This document shows, piece by piece, positions 1 to 8,707 of a stretch of 64,000 nucleotides of DNA. The DNA is taken from NCBI GenBank assembly GCA_963800295.1, contig CAWDAJ010000004.1, positions 60,953 through 124,952 of the forward strand. Reading direction: 5' to 3'. Below the pieces are notes generated by a model. That model saw only the letters and a program-made list of their open reading frames with translations, ran no database searches and was not told where the DNA came from. Each line of letters begins with the position of its first letter. The first letter of the stretch is position 1. The translations under genes and the position numbers were made by a program. The DNA is from an uncultured Acidimicrobiaceae bacterium. GTDB lineage: Bacteria > Actinomycetota > Acidimicrobiia > Acidimicrobiales > Salinilacustritrichaceae.

Positions 1-134
1 TCGCCCTGGCCGGCACGGCCATCGCCATCGCCGCGGTGCCCTTCACGCCGCCGGGGGTGCCCATCCTCCTGGCCGGGTTCGGCGTGCTCGCCGCCGGGCG
101 AGGGCCGCTGCCCGTGGGTGGTGACGTGGCATGA
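1..134 (+). CDS. azlC: AzlC-family branched-chain amino acid exporter subunit, C-terminal fragment (5' end outside window)
   Basis: Frame 3 reads ALAGTAIAIAAVPFTPPGVPILLAGFGVLAAG... to TGA at 132-134. The fragment is hydrophobic, and its stop overlaps the ATG of the downstream AzlD gene (ATGA), as in azlCD pairs. Confidence 0.55.
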   Translation, partial: ALAGTAIAIAAVPFTPPGVPILLAGFGVLAAGRGPLPVGGDVA

Positions 135-442
135 GCACCGCCTTCGTGGTGATCGCCGGCCTCGGCGTGGGCACCTACGTGCTGAAGGCCGCCGGACCGC
201 TGCTGCTCGGCGGGCGCCGACTCCCCGCCCCGGTCGAGCGCATCTCCCAGCAGGTTCCCGCCGCGCTGCTGGCATCGTTGGTGGTGGTGAGCACCGTTGC
301 CGGCGAACGCGAGCTGGTCGCCGACGCACGGATCGCCGGCCTGCTCGCCGCGGCGATCGCGCTCCGGCTGCGTGCTCCCTTCGTCATCGTGGTCGCGGTC
401 GCCGTCGCCACCACCGGCGTCGTGCGGGCGCTGGGCGCGTGA
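131..442 (+). CDS. azlD: AzlD-family branched-chain amino acid transport protein
   Basis: 103-aa very hydrophobic protein (MSTAFVVIAGLGVGTYVLKAAGPLLLGG...). Size and sequence style are typical of AzlD, and it is coupled to the upstream AzlC fragment. Confidence 0.8.
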   Translation: MSTAFVVIAGLGVGTYVLKAAGPLLLGGRRLPAPVERISQQVPAALLASLVVVSTVAGERELVADARIAGLLAAAIALRLRAPFVIVVAVAVATTGVVRALGA

Positions 443-933
443 GCGGCCGCTTCGCTCACCCGACGGTCGAGGTGCGGCCGCGACGGGCAGACTCGCGGTC
501 GTGGACGGGACGCCAGCTCGGAAGTCGGCCGGTTGCGACGGTCGCACCGTGGGCCGCCGGCGTCGCCGCCCTGGCGAGCACGGCACTGACGTTCCTCGGA
601 TGGGGGCGCAGCGGAGCGCGCATGCGGTCCAGCTACGAACTGGTCGACGTCGCCGAGCGGGCGGGCGTGCTCCCCGGCGACCTCGGTGTGCTGGCGCCGG
701 CCTGGTTCCTGGTGCCCGCACTGTGCGGCCTCGTGCTGGTGGCCCTCGCCCTCGATCGCCGGATGACGTTGGGTGTTGGATCGACTACGCTCGGTGTACT
801 CGTGGGGACGGGAGCCGTCCTCGTGATGCGTTCGCCGCTGGCCACCGCGCCGGCGGCGATCGGCGGGCTGCTGCTGGGGTGCTGCACCGCAGTCGGTGGT
901 CTGGCAGTGCTGGCCAGTGGGAGAACGGGATGA
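439..933 (+). CDS. Hypothetical integral membrane protein
   Basis: GTG at 439 overlaps the azlD stop (GTGA). The downstream part of ORF 118..933 has several hydrophobic helices (WAAGVAALASTALTFLGW, LAPAWFLVPALCGLVLVALAL, LGVLVGTGAVLVM, IGGLLLGCCTAVGGLAVLA). The N-terminal Arg-rich part of the track ORF is rejected. Confidence 0.55.
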   Translation: MSGRFAHPTVEVRPRRADSRSWTGRQLGSRPVATVAPWAAGVAALASTALTFLGWGRSGARMRSSYELVDVAERAGVLPGDLGVLAPAWFLVPALCGLVLVALALDRRMTLGVGSTTLGVLVGTGAVLVMRSPLATAPAAIGGLLLGCCTAVGGLAVLASGRTG

Positions 934-2387
934 ACGACGAACAGATGTGGGGACGCAGCTCCGAGGAGCCGCCCGAGCAGAGCGACGCCGGCGGCGTACC
1001 GACGGTGTCACTCGAGTCGTCGGCCGAGGTCCGCCGGCGGGGCATCGGGGCACGGGCCGTCGCCGCCGTGCTCGGCGTGGTGCTGCTCCTCGGTGGGGTC
1101 GGGTTCGCCGCGGCGCAGCTCGGCGCCGACGACCGGACGCCCGAGGAGGCGGTCGGCGAGTTCTTCCAGGCGCTGTCCGACGAGGATGTGCTCGGCGTCC
1201 TGGCCACGCTCGATCCCGGCGAGCGCGATGCGCTGGCCCAACCCGTGCAGGACCTCTTCGACGAGCTCGAGCGGCTCGAGGTCCTCGATGGCTCCTTCGA
1301 CCCGAGCGCCGTGGGCGGCGTCGACCTGAACTTCGACGGCATGACCTACGAGCAGGAACCCGTGCGCGACGACCTGGCGCGGGTTCGCATCCTCGGCGGT
1401 CAGGTCTCGTACACGGTGGACGGTGCCTCGCTTCCCCTCGGCGACTTCGTCCGCGACACGCTCGACCGGTTCGGCGTCGACCTCTCTGACGCGTCCGGAT
1501 CCGACAGCAGCACCATCGACGCCGGCTCGGAGGACTTCCTCGCCGTGCGCCGCGGTCCCGACGGCTGGCGGGTGAGCATCGCCTACACCGTCGCCGAGGC
1601 CGCCCGGCTCGACGCCGGCGCACCGGTGCCCGACCCGGCCGCCGCGCTCACCCCGATCGGTGCCGATTCCCCCGAAGCCGCGGTCGACGGCGTGGTGCGC
1701 GCCATGGCCGCCCTCGACCTGCCCGGTGTGGTCGCCCGGTTCTCCCCCGACGAGCTCCGTGCCCTGCAGGAGTACTGGCCGCTGGTCGGTGCCGATGCTC
1801 TGCCCGATGCCTCCGAGCTCGGCATGCAGGTGGACGTGCGCAGCCTCGATCTGCGCTCCGAGACCGACGGCGACCGGGCCCGCGTGTACGTCGACGGCTT
1901 CGACGTCGGCATGACCGTCGACGGTTCGCATCTCGACCTCACCTACGCCGACGGCTGCGTCACCTACGAAGGCGACCTCGATCGGCTCGGCCTCGACCCC
2001 TCCAAGGCCGGCGAACCGGTGTGCCCCGACGACATGGACTCGTTCTTCCAGGACTCGATGGGAACCAGCGGGCTCGACGGCCTCGGGATCGATCCGCCCT
2101 CGTTCGGGCCCGTCCGGACGCCCGACGGCTACGTGGTCGCCGACAAGGTCGACGGCACGTGGTACGTGGCACCGGTGAACACGGTGGCCAACGGCATGGT
2201 CGAACTGCTGCGGGCGATCGATCGCAGCCACCTCGACGCCGTCGTCGACATGGTCGACGGGTTCTTCACGTCGTTCGAGAACGCGATGACCTTCGACGGT
2301 CAGGGCACACCGTTGCTCGACCCCAACGCGTACGACGACACGACGACCTTCGTCCCGGAGAGCGTGCCGACCACCACGACCGGCTGA
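930..2387 (+). CDS. Hypothetical membrane-anchored extracytoplasmic protein
   Basis: ATG at 930 overlaps the previous stop (ATGA). MNDEQMWGRSS... is followed by one TM helix (AVAAVLGVVLLLGGVGFAAAQL) and a long acidic soluble domain. I recognise no family. Confidence 0.6.
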   Translation: MNDEQMWGRSSEEPPEQSDAGGVPTVSLESSAEVRRRGIGARAVAAVLGVVLLLGGVGFAAAQLGADDRTPEEAVGEFFQALSDEDVLGVLATLDPGERDALAQPVQDLFDELERLEVLDGSFDPSAVGGVDLNFDGMTYEQEPVRDDLARVRILGGQVSYTVDGASLPLGDFVRDTLDRFGVDLSDASGSDSSTIDAGSEDFLAVRRGPDGWRVSIAYTVAEAARLDAGAPVPDPAAALTPIGADSPEAAVDGVVRAMAALDLPGVVARFSPDELRALQEYWPLVGADALPDASELGMQVDVRSLDLRSETDGDRARVYVDGFDVGMTVDGSHLDLTYADGCVTYEGDLDRLGLDPSKAGEPVCPDDMDSFFQDSMGTSGLDGLGIDPPSFGPVRTPDGYVVADKVDGTWYVAPVNTVANGMVELLRAIDRSHLDAVVDMVDGFFTSFENAMTFDGQGTPLLDPNAYDDTTTFVPESVPTTTTG

Positions 2388-2446
2388 CCGCCTGCCCCGT
2401 GACACCGGCTCCGGAACCGGGTCGGTGTCCTGCCAGACTCCCCGGC

Positions 2447-3592
2447 ATGCAGCTCCCCGCCGGCTTCCGCGTGCACACGGCCAGCATCGGCATCAAGGAC
2501 GACAGCCGCGACTTCGCGGTGATCGCGGCCGACCGTCCGTGCACGGCGTCGGCCGTGTTCACCAAGTCGCGCTTCGCCGGTCCCAGCGTCACCTTGTCAC
2601 GGGGCAACGTGGCCGACGGGCAGCTGCAGGCCGTCGTCGTGGTGTCGAAGAACGCCAACGTCGCCACCGGCCCCGAGGGCGACGCCGACGCGCTCGAGCT
2701 GGTCGAGGGCGTCGCCCGGGCGGTGGGATGCGAACCGGCGGACGTGCTCGTGGCCTCCACCGGCGTGATCGGCCGGCGCTACCCGATGGACCGGATCCGC
2801 TCCCACCTGGCGACCATGCCTGCGCCCGGCGACACCGAGATCGACGGGTTCGCCGCGGCCATCATGACCACCGACACCCATCCCAAGACGGCACGCGCCA
2901 GCGTGGGCGACGCGACCATCGTGGGCGTCGCCAAGGGCGTGGGCATGATCGAGCCCGACATGGCCACCATGCTCGCCTTCGTCCTCACCGACGCCGCCGT
3001 CGACCGCCCGACGCTCGATCGGCTGTTCCGCGCCGCGGTGGACCGGACGTTCAACTGCCTCTCGGTCGACACCGACACCTCGACCTCCGACACTGCCGTC
3101 GTCCTGGCCAGCGGCGCCGCCGGCCCGGTCGACGAGCTCGCCTTGGCCACCTCGCTCGAGGCCGTGTGCCTCGACCTCACCCGCCAGCTGGCCGCCGACG
3201 GCGAGGGCGCCGAGACCCTGCTGGTGGTCACCGTCGACGGCGCACGCGACGACGACCAGGCCAAGCGGGTCGCCAAGGCCATCGTCAACTCGCCCCTGGT
3301 GAAGACCGCGGTGCACGGCGCCGACCCCAACTGGGGTCGCATCGCCATGGCCGTCGGCAAGTGCAGCGACGACACCGACATCGACCAGCGGGCGGTCACC
3401 ATCCGCATCGGCGACCAGGAGCTGTATCCCGCCCCGGCCGGCGCCGACGAGTTGGGCCGACTCACCGAGTACCTGCACGGCGACGAGGTGCTGATCCACG
3501 TCTCGCTCGGCATCGGCGACGGGCTCTCCACCGTCTACGGCTGCGACCTGACCGACGGCTACGTCCGCATCAACGCCGACTACACGACCTGA
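2447..3592 (+). CDS. argJ: Bifunctional ornithine acetyltransferase / N-acetylglutamate synthase ArgJ
   Basis: MQLPAGFRVHTASIGIK..., the autoprocessing region IEPDMATMLAFVLTDAAV, NSPLVKTAVHGADPNWGRI, and the C-terminal GYVRINADYTT are all typical of ArgJ. Confidence 0.9.
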   Translation: MQLPAGFRVHTASIGIKDDSRDFAVIAADRPCTASAVFTKSRFAGPSVTLSRGNVADGQLQAVVVVSKNANVATGPEGDADALELVEGVARAVGCEPADVLVASTGVIGRRYPMDRIRSHLATMPAPGDTEIDGFAAAIMTTDTHPKTARASVGDATIVGVAKGVGMIEPDMATMLAFVLTDAAVDRPTLDRLFRAAVDRTFNCLSVDTDTSTSDTAVVLASGAAGPVDELALATSLEAVCLDLTRQLAADGEGAETLLVVTVDGARDDDQAKRVAKAIVNSPLVKTAVHGADPNWGRIAMAVGKCSDDTDIDQRAVTIRIGDQELYPAPAGADELGRLTEYLHGDEVLIHVSLGIGDGLSTVYGCDLTDGYVRINADYTT

Positions 3593-3595
3593 CCC

Positions 3596-3717
3596 GGAAT
3601 CTGGCAGCTGCTGGCGATGCGACCTGGGCCGCTCCTCGCACGCGCCGCCGCTCGACAGCTACTGCGACGCAGCAGCTGTCAGATTCCCCGCGTTACGCAG
3701 CAGCTGCCAGATTCCCC
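3596..3717. repeat. REP-like palindromic intergenic repeat cluster (3 copies of the ~20-nt unit CAGCAGCTG[C/T]CAGATTCC, one inverted)
   Basis: ggaatctggcagctgctg at 3596-3613 is the reverse complement of gcagcagctgtcagattcccc (3671-3689) and gcagcagctgccagattcccc (3698-3717). It sits in the convergent argJ / hlyIII spacer. The same unit recurs at 44245-44299. Confidence 0.8.
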
Positions 3718-4410
3718 TCAGGCGACGATGAGCCAGACCATGGCGAAGTGGCAGGCGGCGGCGATCACCGTGCAGGCATGCCAGATCTCGTGGTAGCCGA
3801 ACGTGTCGGGCCGGGGGTCGGGGTGCTTGAACAGCAGCACCATGGCGCCGACGGCGTAGGCGAGACCGCCGCCGATCAGCAACAGGAGCGGCCCGAGCTC
3901 CAGGTTGGAGACGATGGCGGGCAGCGCCAGCAGGGCGGCGCCACCCATGAGGCCGTACACGGTGTTGCTGGACCGTGGGAAGCGGTCGATGCCGCGGAGC
4001 TTGAGCAGGATGCCGATCGACGCCGCGGCGAGGACGCCGGTGAGGAACCGCTGCCCCGATGCATCCGGGAGGACCAGGAGACAGATCGGGACCCAGGTGC
4101 CGGCGATGAGCAGGTAGATCATCGAGTGGTCGGCCATCTGCATCCGCCGCCGGGCGGTGGGTGTCTCGGCCAGGAGGTGGTAGCTAGCCGAGGTGGCGAA
4201 CACGATCAGCTGGGTCACGACGTAGACCGCGGCGGCCAGACGGGCCTCGCCCTCGGATGCCGCCGCGAGGAGCAGGGCACCCATGGGCAGCACCGCCAGG
4301 GCGCCGATGGCGTGCAGCACACCGCGGTACTTGGGACGCGGCCAGAGGTAGGAGGGCGCGTCGTAGCGCGGCTCGATGCGAAAGGCTTGTGGAACACCCA
4401 CTGGTCTCAT
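3718..4410 (-). CDS. Hemolysin III / PAQR family membrane protein
   Basis: 230 aa with 7 TM helices. Motifs: YRGVLHAIGA, SASYHL, DHSMIYLLIAGT, HEIWHACTV. Confidence 0.85.
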   Translation of the reverse strand: MRPVGVPQAFRIEPRYDAPSYLWPRPKYRGVLHAIGALAVLPMGALLLAAASEGEARLAAAVYVVTQLIVFATSASYHLLAETPTARRRMQMADHSMIYLLIAGTWVPICLLVLPDASGQRFLTGVLAAASIGILLKLRGIDRFPRSSNTVYGLMGGAALLALPAIVSNLELGPLLLLIGGGLAYAVGAMVLLFKHPDPRPDTFGYHEIWHACTVIAAACHFAMVWLIVA

Positions 4411-4462
4411 TGTCGCATCCGAGCGGGCCGCTTCCGAAGTAGGGCTGTCGGTGCGCCCGCGA

Positions 4463-5140
4463 TCAGCCGGCGAAGGGGTCCTGGTCGGTGAGCCCGCACC
4501 AGGCCGCCGCGAACGGGTACGGGTTCACCGAACCGCGTCCGGCACGCATGACCTCGAAGTGGAGGTGGGGGGCGCTGGCGCTGGCGTTGCCGGTCGAGCC
4601 CACGGTGCCGATCTGCGTGCCCGCCTCGACCCAACCGGTGCGGTCGAGCCGATCGAGGTGAGCGCCGAAGAAGGTGTTGCCGTCGACGTCGTCGAGGTAG
4701 AAGCCGATGCCACCCAACGCCGAGTTGCTGGGTCGCACGGTGCCGGCGACCGGGGCGATCACCGGCGTGCCCCGCGGCGCCATCATGTCGACGCCCTTGT
4801 GGTGACGGCCACCGGAACGGCCGAAGCCCCACGAGTCGATGAACTCCGAGCCGGGGGCCGGGCAGTACACGGGCGGAGGCGGCGGCGGGGTGGCGGCGGC
4901 GATCATCTGTGTCGTGGTGGCTGCCGCGACGCTGCGACCCTGCGCCACCATCACCGCAGCGGGGGCGAGCAGATCGCCCACGGCCACGTCGGCTGCGCCG
5001 TCGTCAGCGGCCGCAGAGCGCGGGTGCCCGGTCACGACCAGCGGCGTGAACACGGCCACCAGCGCGACGAAGCCGGCGGCGACGAGCCGCGACGGCCGCG
5101 TGGCGACGGTGCGTGAGCGGATCCACCGGAGCGTGGGCAT
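4463..5140 (-). CDS. M23 family (LytM-type) metallopeptidase, secreted
   Basis: HHKGVDMMAP (HxxxD) and APHLHFEV (HxH) zinc motifs. It has a signal-anchor N-terminus and a Pro-rich linker. The start is set at MPTLRW (5140); the track start at 5167 is an alternative. Confidence 0.85.
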   Translation of the reverse strand: MPTLRWIRSRTVATRPSRLVAAGFVALVAVFTPLVVTGHPRSAAADDGAADVAVGDLLAPAAVMVAQGRSVAAATTTQMIAAATPPPPPPVYCPAPGSEFIDSWGFGRSGGRHHKGVDMMAPRGTPVIAPVAGTVRPSNSALGGIGFYLDDVDGNTFFGAHLDRLDRTGWVEAGTQIGTVGSTGNASASAPHLHFEVMRAGRGSVNPYPFAAAWCGLTDQDPFAG

Positions 5141-5202
5141 CGCATGACGAAAGCATGACGAAACCATGACGCGGCAAGTCGCGGCGCCGTCACATACCCG
5201 GG

Positions 5203-5249
5203 GAATTTCGTCAGTTGGTCAGACCTGTCCTGACCAACTGACGAAATTC
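5203..5249 (-). terminator. Perfect 20-bp stem hairpin downstream of the thiolase gene (no U-tract)
   Basis: gaatttcgtcagttggtcag / ctgaccaactgacgaaattc flank a ~6-nt loop, 11 nt after the stop of the minus-strand thiolase. Confidence 0.6.
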
Positions 5250-5259
5250 TCGGCTGGGT

Positions 5260-6465
5260 TCAGCTGAGGCGCTGGACGATCATGGCCATGCCCTGGCCGC
5301 CGCCGACACACATGGTCTCGAGGCCGAACTCCTTGTCCTCGTCCTCGAGGGCGTTGAGCAGCGTGGTCATGATGCGGGCGCCGGTCATGCCGAACGGGTG
5401 GCCCAGGGCGATGGAACCGCCCTTGACGTTGAGCTTGTCGAGGTCGATGCCGAGGTACTTCGCCGAGGGCAGCACCTGGGCGGCGAACGCCTCGTTGATC
5501 TCGACCAGGTCGATGTCGTCCATCGTCATGCCGGCCCGCTCGAGCGCCTGCCGCGAGGCGGGCACCGGACCCATGCCCATGATCTCGGGGTTGAGACCCG
5601 ACACGCCCGAGGACACGATGCGGGCGATGGGCGTGATGCCCAGCTCCTTGGCCCTGGTGTCGCTCATGACGATGACGGCGGCGGCGCCGTCGTTGAGCGG
5701 GCACGCGTTGCCGGCGGTGACCGAACCGTCGGGACGGAACACCGGCTGCAGCTGCGAGACCTTCTCGTAGGTGGTGCCGGGCCGGGGGCCGTCGTCCTTG
5801 GAGACGACGGTGCCGTCGGGGAGCGTGTAGGGCGTGATCTCGCGGTCGAAGAAGCCGTTCTCCTGGCTCTGGACCGCCCGCTGCTGCGACCGGACGCCCC
5901 ACTCGTCCATCTCCTGGCGGGACACGCCCTCGGCCTGGACCACGTTCTCGGCGGTCTGACCCATGGCGATGTAGATGTCGGGCAGGCCCTTCGGCGGCTC
6001 CCACTTCGGGGCGCCGCCCTGGGCCCGCTCGGCCGTGCGGGCCTCGGCGTCGGCGAAGGCCTCGTGGTGCGGGCCGACGTCGGAGGCGCCGTTCTTGTAG
6101 CGGGACACGGCCTCGACGCCGGCGGCGATGAAGCAGTCGCCCTCGCCGGCCTTGATGGCGTGCGCGGCCATGCGGATGGTCTGCAGCGACGACGAGCAGT
6201 AGCGGTTGACCGTGACACCGGGGACGTCGTCGAGCCCGGCGAGCACGGCGGCGACGCGGCCGATGTTGTAGCCGGCCTCGCCGGCGGGCTGGCCACAGCC
6301 CATGAGCACGTCCTCGACCTGGTGGGGGTCGAGGGCGGGGACCTTCGACAACACGTCCTTGAGGACGAAGGCCGCCATGTCGTCGGGGCGGGCCTCGGCC
6401 AGCGACCCCTTGTTGGCTCGACCGATCGGGGTGCGCGACGTGGCGACGATCACGGCTTCAGGCAT
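5260..6465 (-). CDS. Acetyl-CoA C-acetyltransferase (thiolase II type)
   Basis: The active-site Cys context NRYCSSSLQ, GHPFGMTGARIM and the C-terminal CVGGGQGMAMIV are classic thiolase signatures. Confidence 0.92.
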   Translation of the reverse strand: MPEAVIVATSRTPIGRANKGSLAEARPDDMAAFVLKDVLSKVPALDPHQVEDVLMGCGQPAGEAGYNIGRVAAVLAGLDDVPGVTVNRYCSSSLQTIRMAAHAIKAGEGDCFIAAGVEAVSRYKNGASDVGPHHEAFADAEARTAERAQGGAPKWEPPKGLPDIYIAMGQTAENVVQAEGVSRQEMDEWGVRSQQRAVQSQENGFFDREITPYTLPDGTVVSKDDGPRPGTTYEKVSQLQPVFRPDGSVTAGNACPLNDGAAAVIVMSDTRAKELGITPIARIVSSGVSGLNPEIMGMGPVPASRQALERAGMTMDDIDLVEINEAFAAQVLPSAKYLGIDLDKLNVKGGSIALGHPFGMTGARIMTTLLNALEDEDKEFGLETMCVGGGQGMAMIVQRLS

Positions 6466-6504
6466 CTGGTGTCTCCTCTGGGAACGCGTCCGGACACCGT
6501 CGTT

Positions 6505-8667
6505 CTAGCCCGAGCCGGTCGTCGACACCACCCGACCGAGCACGCCGGGCAGCTCACCGGACGGCACGGCGGGGCTCACGAGGAAGCCCTGGGCCCGGTC
6601 GCAACCCAGCTCGCGCAGCAGCTGGAGCTGATGAGCCGTCTCCACGCCCTCGGCGGTGACGGTCATGCCGAGGCTGTGCCCGAGCGTCACGGCGGCGGCG
6701 ACGATGGCCCGTCCGGCGGCGTCGCCCTGATCCAGGTCGGCGACGAAGGACGAGTCGATCTTGAGGATGTCGGCGGCCGGGAACCGACGCAGGTGGTCGA
6801 GGCTGGAGTAGCCGGTGCCGAAGTCGTCGATGGCGATGCGGACCCCGAGCTGGTGGAGGTCGCGCACCACGGCGTCGGCGCCTTCCTGGGCCAGCGCCGT
6901 CTCGGTGATCTCCAGACACAGTCCGCTCGGTTCGAGCCCGGCGTCGGCGAGCGCCTCGGCGACCAGCCCCACGAGCTGATCGGTGAGTTGCCGCGGCGAC
7001 ACGTTCACCGATGCGAGGAGCTGCGGCCAGCCCCCGGCACGCAGCTCGGCGGCCGTCCGGATGGCCTGGCGGAGCACGTGCACGCCGACGGCTCCGATCA
7101 GGCCCGTGTCCTCGGCCACGCCGACGAAGTCGCCGGGGCTCAACAGCTCGGTGCGCCCGCCCCGGCGCCAGCGGACGAGCGCCTCGACGCCGGTGACCGA
7201 GAGCCCGTCGACCTGGAGGATGGGTTGGTAGTGGACCTCGAGCTCGTGCCGGTCGATGCCCGAGCGCAGGGCGGACTCGAGCGAGACCCGTTGGAGCATC
7301 TCCTCGCGGATCGTCTCGTCGAACAGGACCACCTGGTTGCGCCCGAGCCGCTTGGCGTGGTGCATGGCGGCGTCGGCGTCGCGGAGCAGCGTGTCGGGGT
7401 CGTCGGAGGGACCGGCGAGCACCACGCCGACGGAGGCAGCGGTGCGTACGTGCAGACCCGACACGACCACCGACGTGTCGAGCATCGCCCGGATCTGCTC
7501 GGCGCGGCCCACCGCCTGCTCGGGCGCGGCCACGTTGGTGACCAGCAGGAAGGTGTCGCCGCCGAAGCGACCGAGCGTCTCGCCGGGGCGGACCAACGGC
7601 TCCAGCGCGCTCGCCACCCACACCAGGACGCGATCGCCGGCGTCGTGGGACAGCGATTCGTTGGCGACCGTGAAGTCGTCGAGGTCGATCATGAGCACCG
7701 CCGTGTGCCCGAGATCTCGACGAGTCGCCGGGAGCAGCTGCTCGATGCGTTCGATCAGGAGGCGGCGGTTGGGCAGACCGGTGAGCGGATCGTGCAGCGA
7801 CGCATAGCGACGGGCGCGATCGGCCCGGTCGCGGGTGATGGCCGTGCCGGCGATGTCGGCGGCGTGGCGCAGCAGGTTGACCACGGGCCCGTCGGGTCGG
7901 GCGTCGGCGGACACGAACACGACGAGCAGGCCGAGCACGGCATCATCGTGCTGGACGCGCACGGTCCATGCCTGCTCCAGCCCGCAGCCGCGCAGCTCGT
8001 CGACGCCGAGGGGAAGCAGCTCGTCGAGCTCGTGGAAGACGACCAGGCCTGCTTCGCCGCGGGCGCGGACCGCCATGTCGTCGGTGGGCGCCATCTCGTC
8101 GAGCGCGCTGGCCACCGTCGCCGGCAGCGAGGTGGCGTGCCGGTGGCGGATGACGCCGTCGCTCTCCACCGCGCCGACCGAGCAGACCGAGCCCGGCAGT
8201 GCCCACTGGACGAACTGCACGACGTCGCGCACGACCGGGTCGAGTGCCTCGCCGGCTGCGACCCGGTCGAGGAGCGCGACCTCGAGCGCAGCCGTGCGCT
8301 CGTAGGGGTCGAGCAGCGACAGGTCGTGGCCCCGCAGCTCGAAGTGGCCGTCGACGGCCCCCACGACCCAGAAGCGGGCCGCCGCCGTGGCCCCGTCCGA
8401 ACGCTCGAACCACAGGTCGAGGGGACCGATCTCGACGCCGGTGGCGGCGGCGTCGGCGACGGCCCGGATCACGGTCCGGCGCCCTGCCCCCGAGGTCAGT
8501 TCGTCGACCGGACGTCCGATGAGTGCGTCCGGCCGCTCGCCTCCCACGAACGCGACGAAGCCCTCGGAGCAGCTGTGGATCCGTCCCCGTTCGTCGATCT
8601 CGGCGGACAGAGCACAGGGCACGACATCTGTGGGCATGGCCTCTGTGGGCATCGCGGTACCGTCCAT
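6505..8667 (-). CDS. Sensor-domain GGDEF/EAL protein (degenerate GGDTF cyclase motif, intact EAL phosphodiesterase motifs)
   Basis: PLTGLPNRR ... GRFGGDTFLL (encoded 7549-7563), then EVHYQPI, GVEALVRW (EAL encoded 7177-7185), DDFGTGYSSL, KIDSSFV, EGVET. The N-terminal part looks PAS/GAF-like. The start is placed at MDGTAMPTEA (8667) so that it does not overlap xseA. Confidence 0.88.
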   Translation of the reverse strand: MDGTAMPTEAMPTDVVPCALSAEIDERGRIHSCSEGFVAFVGGERPDALIGRPVDELTSGAGRRTVIRAVADAAATGVEIGPLDLWFERSDGATAAARFWVVGAVDGHFELRGHDLSLLDPYERTAALEVALLDRVAAGEALDPVVRDVVQFVQWALPGSVCSVGAVESDGVIRHRHATSLPATVASALDEMAPTDDMAVRARGEAGLVVFHELDELLPLGVDELRGCGLEQAWTVRVQHDDAVLGLLVVFVSADARPDGPVVNLLRHAADIAGTAITRDRADRARRYASLHDPLTGLPNRRLLIERIEQLLPATRRDLGHTAVLMIDLDDFTVANESLSHDAGDRVLVWVASALEPLVRPGETLGRFGGDTFLLVTNVAAPEQAVGRAEQIRAMLDTSVVVSGLHVRTAASVGVVLAGPSDDPDTLLRDADAAMHHAKRLGRNQVVLFDETIREEMLQRVSLESALRSGIDRHELEVHYQPILQVDGLSVTGVEALVRWRRGGRTELLSPGDFVGVAEDTGLIGAVGVHVLRQAIRTAAELRAGGWPQLLASVNVSPRQLTDQLVGLVAEALADAGLEPSGLCLEITETALAQEGADAVVRDLHQLGVRIAIDDFGTGYSSLDHLRRFPAADILKIDSSFVADLDQGDAAGRAIVAAAVTLGHSLGMTVTAEGVETAHQLQLLRELGCDRAQGFLVSPAVPSGELPGVLGRVVSTTGSG

Positions 8668-8707
8668 CCCGTGAGCGAACGGTATCGGCTGCCGGCGGCG
8701 TGCGCCC

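Noticed and set aside
175-1623. 482-aa minus-strand ORF at the window start, and similar Arg-rich ORFs (for example 16070-18553, 20729-22558, 20896-23880, 25... series, 51887-54076)
   Set aside because: These have extreme Arg/Pro/Gly composition, always lie opposite or out of frame to motif-bearing genes, and show no start-context or coupling logic.
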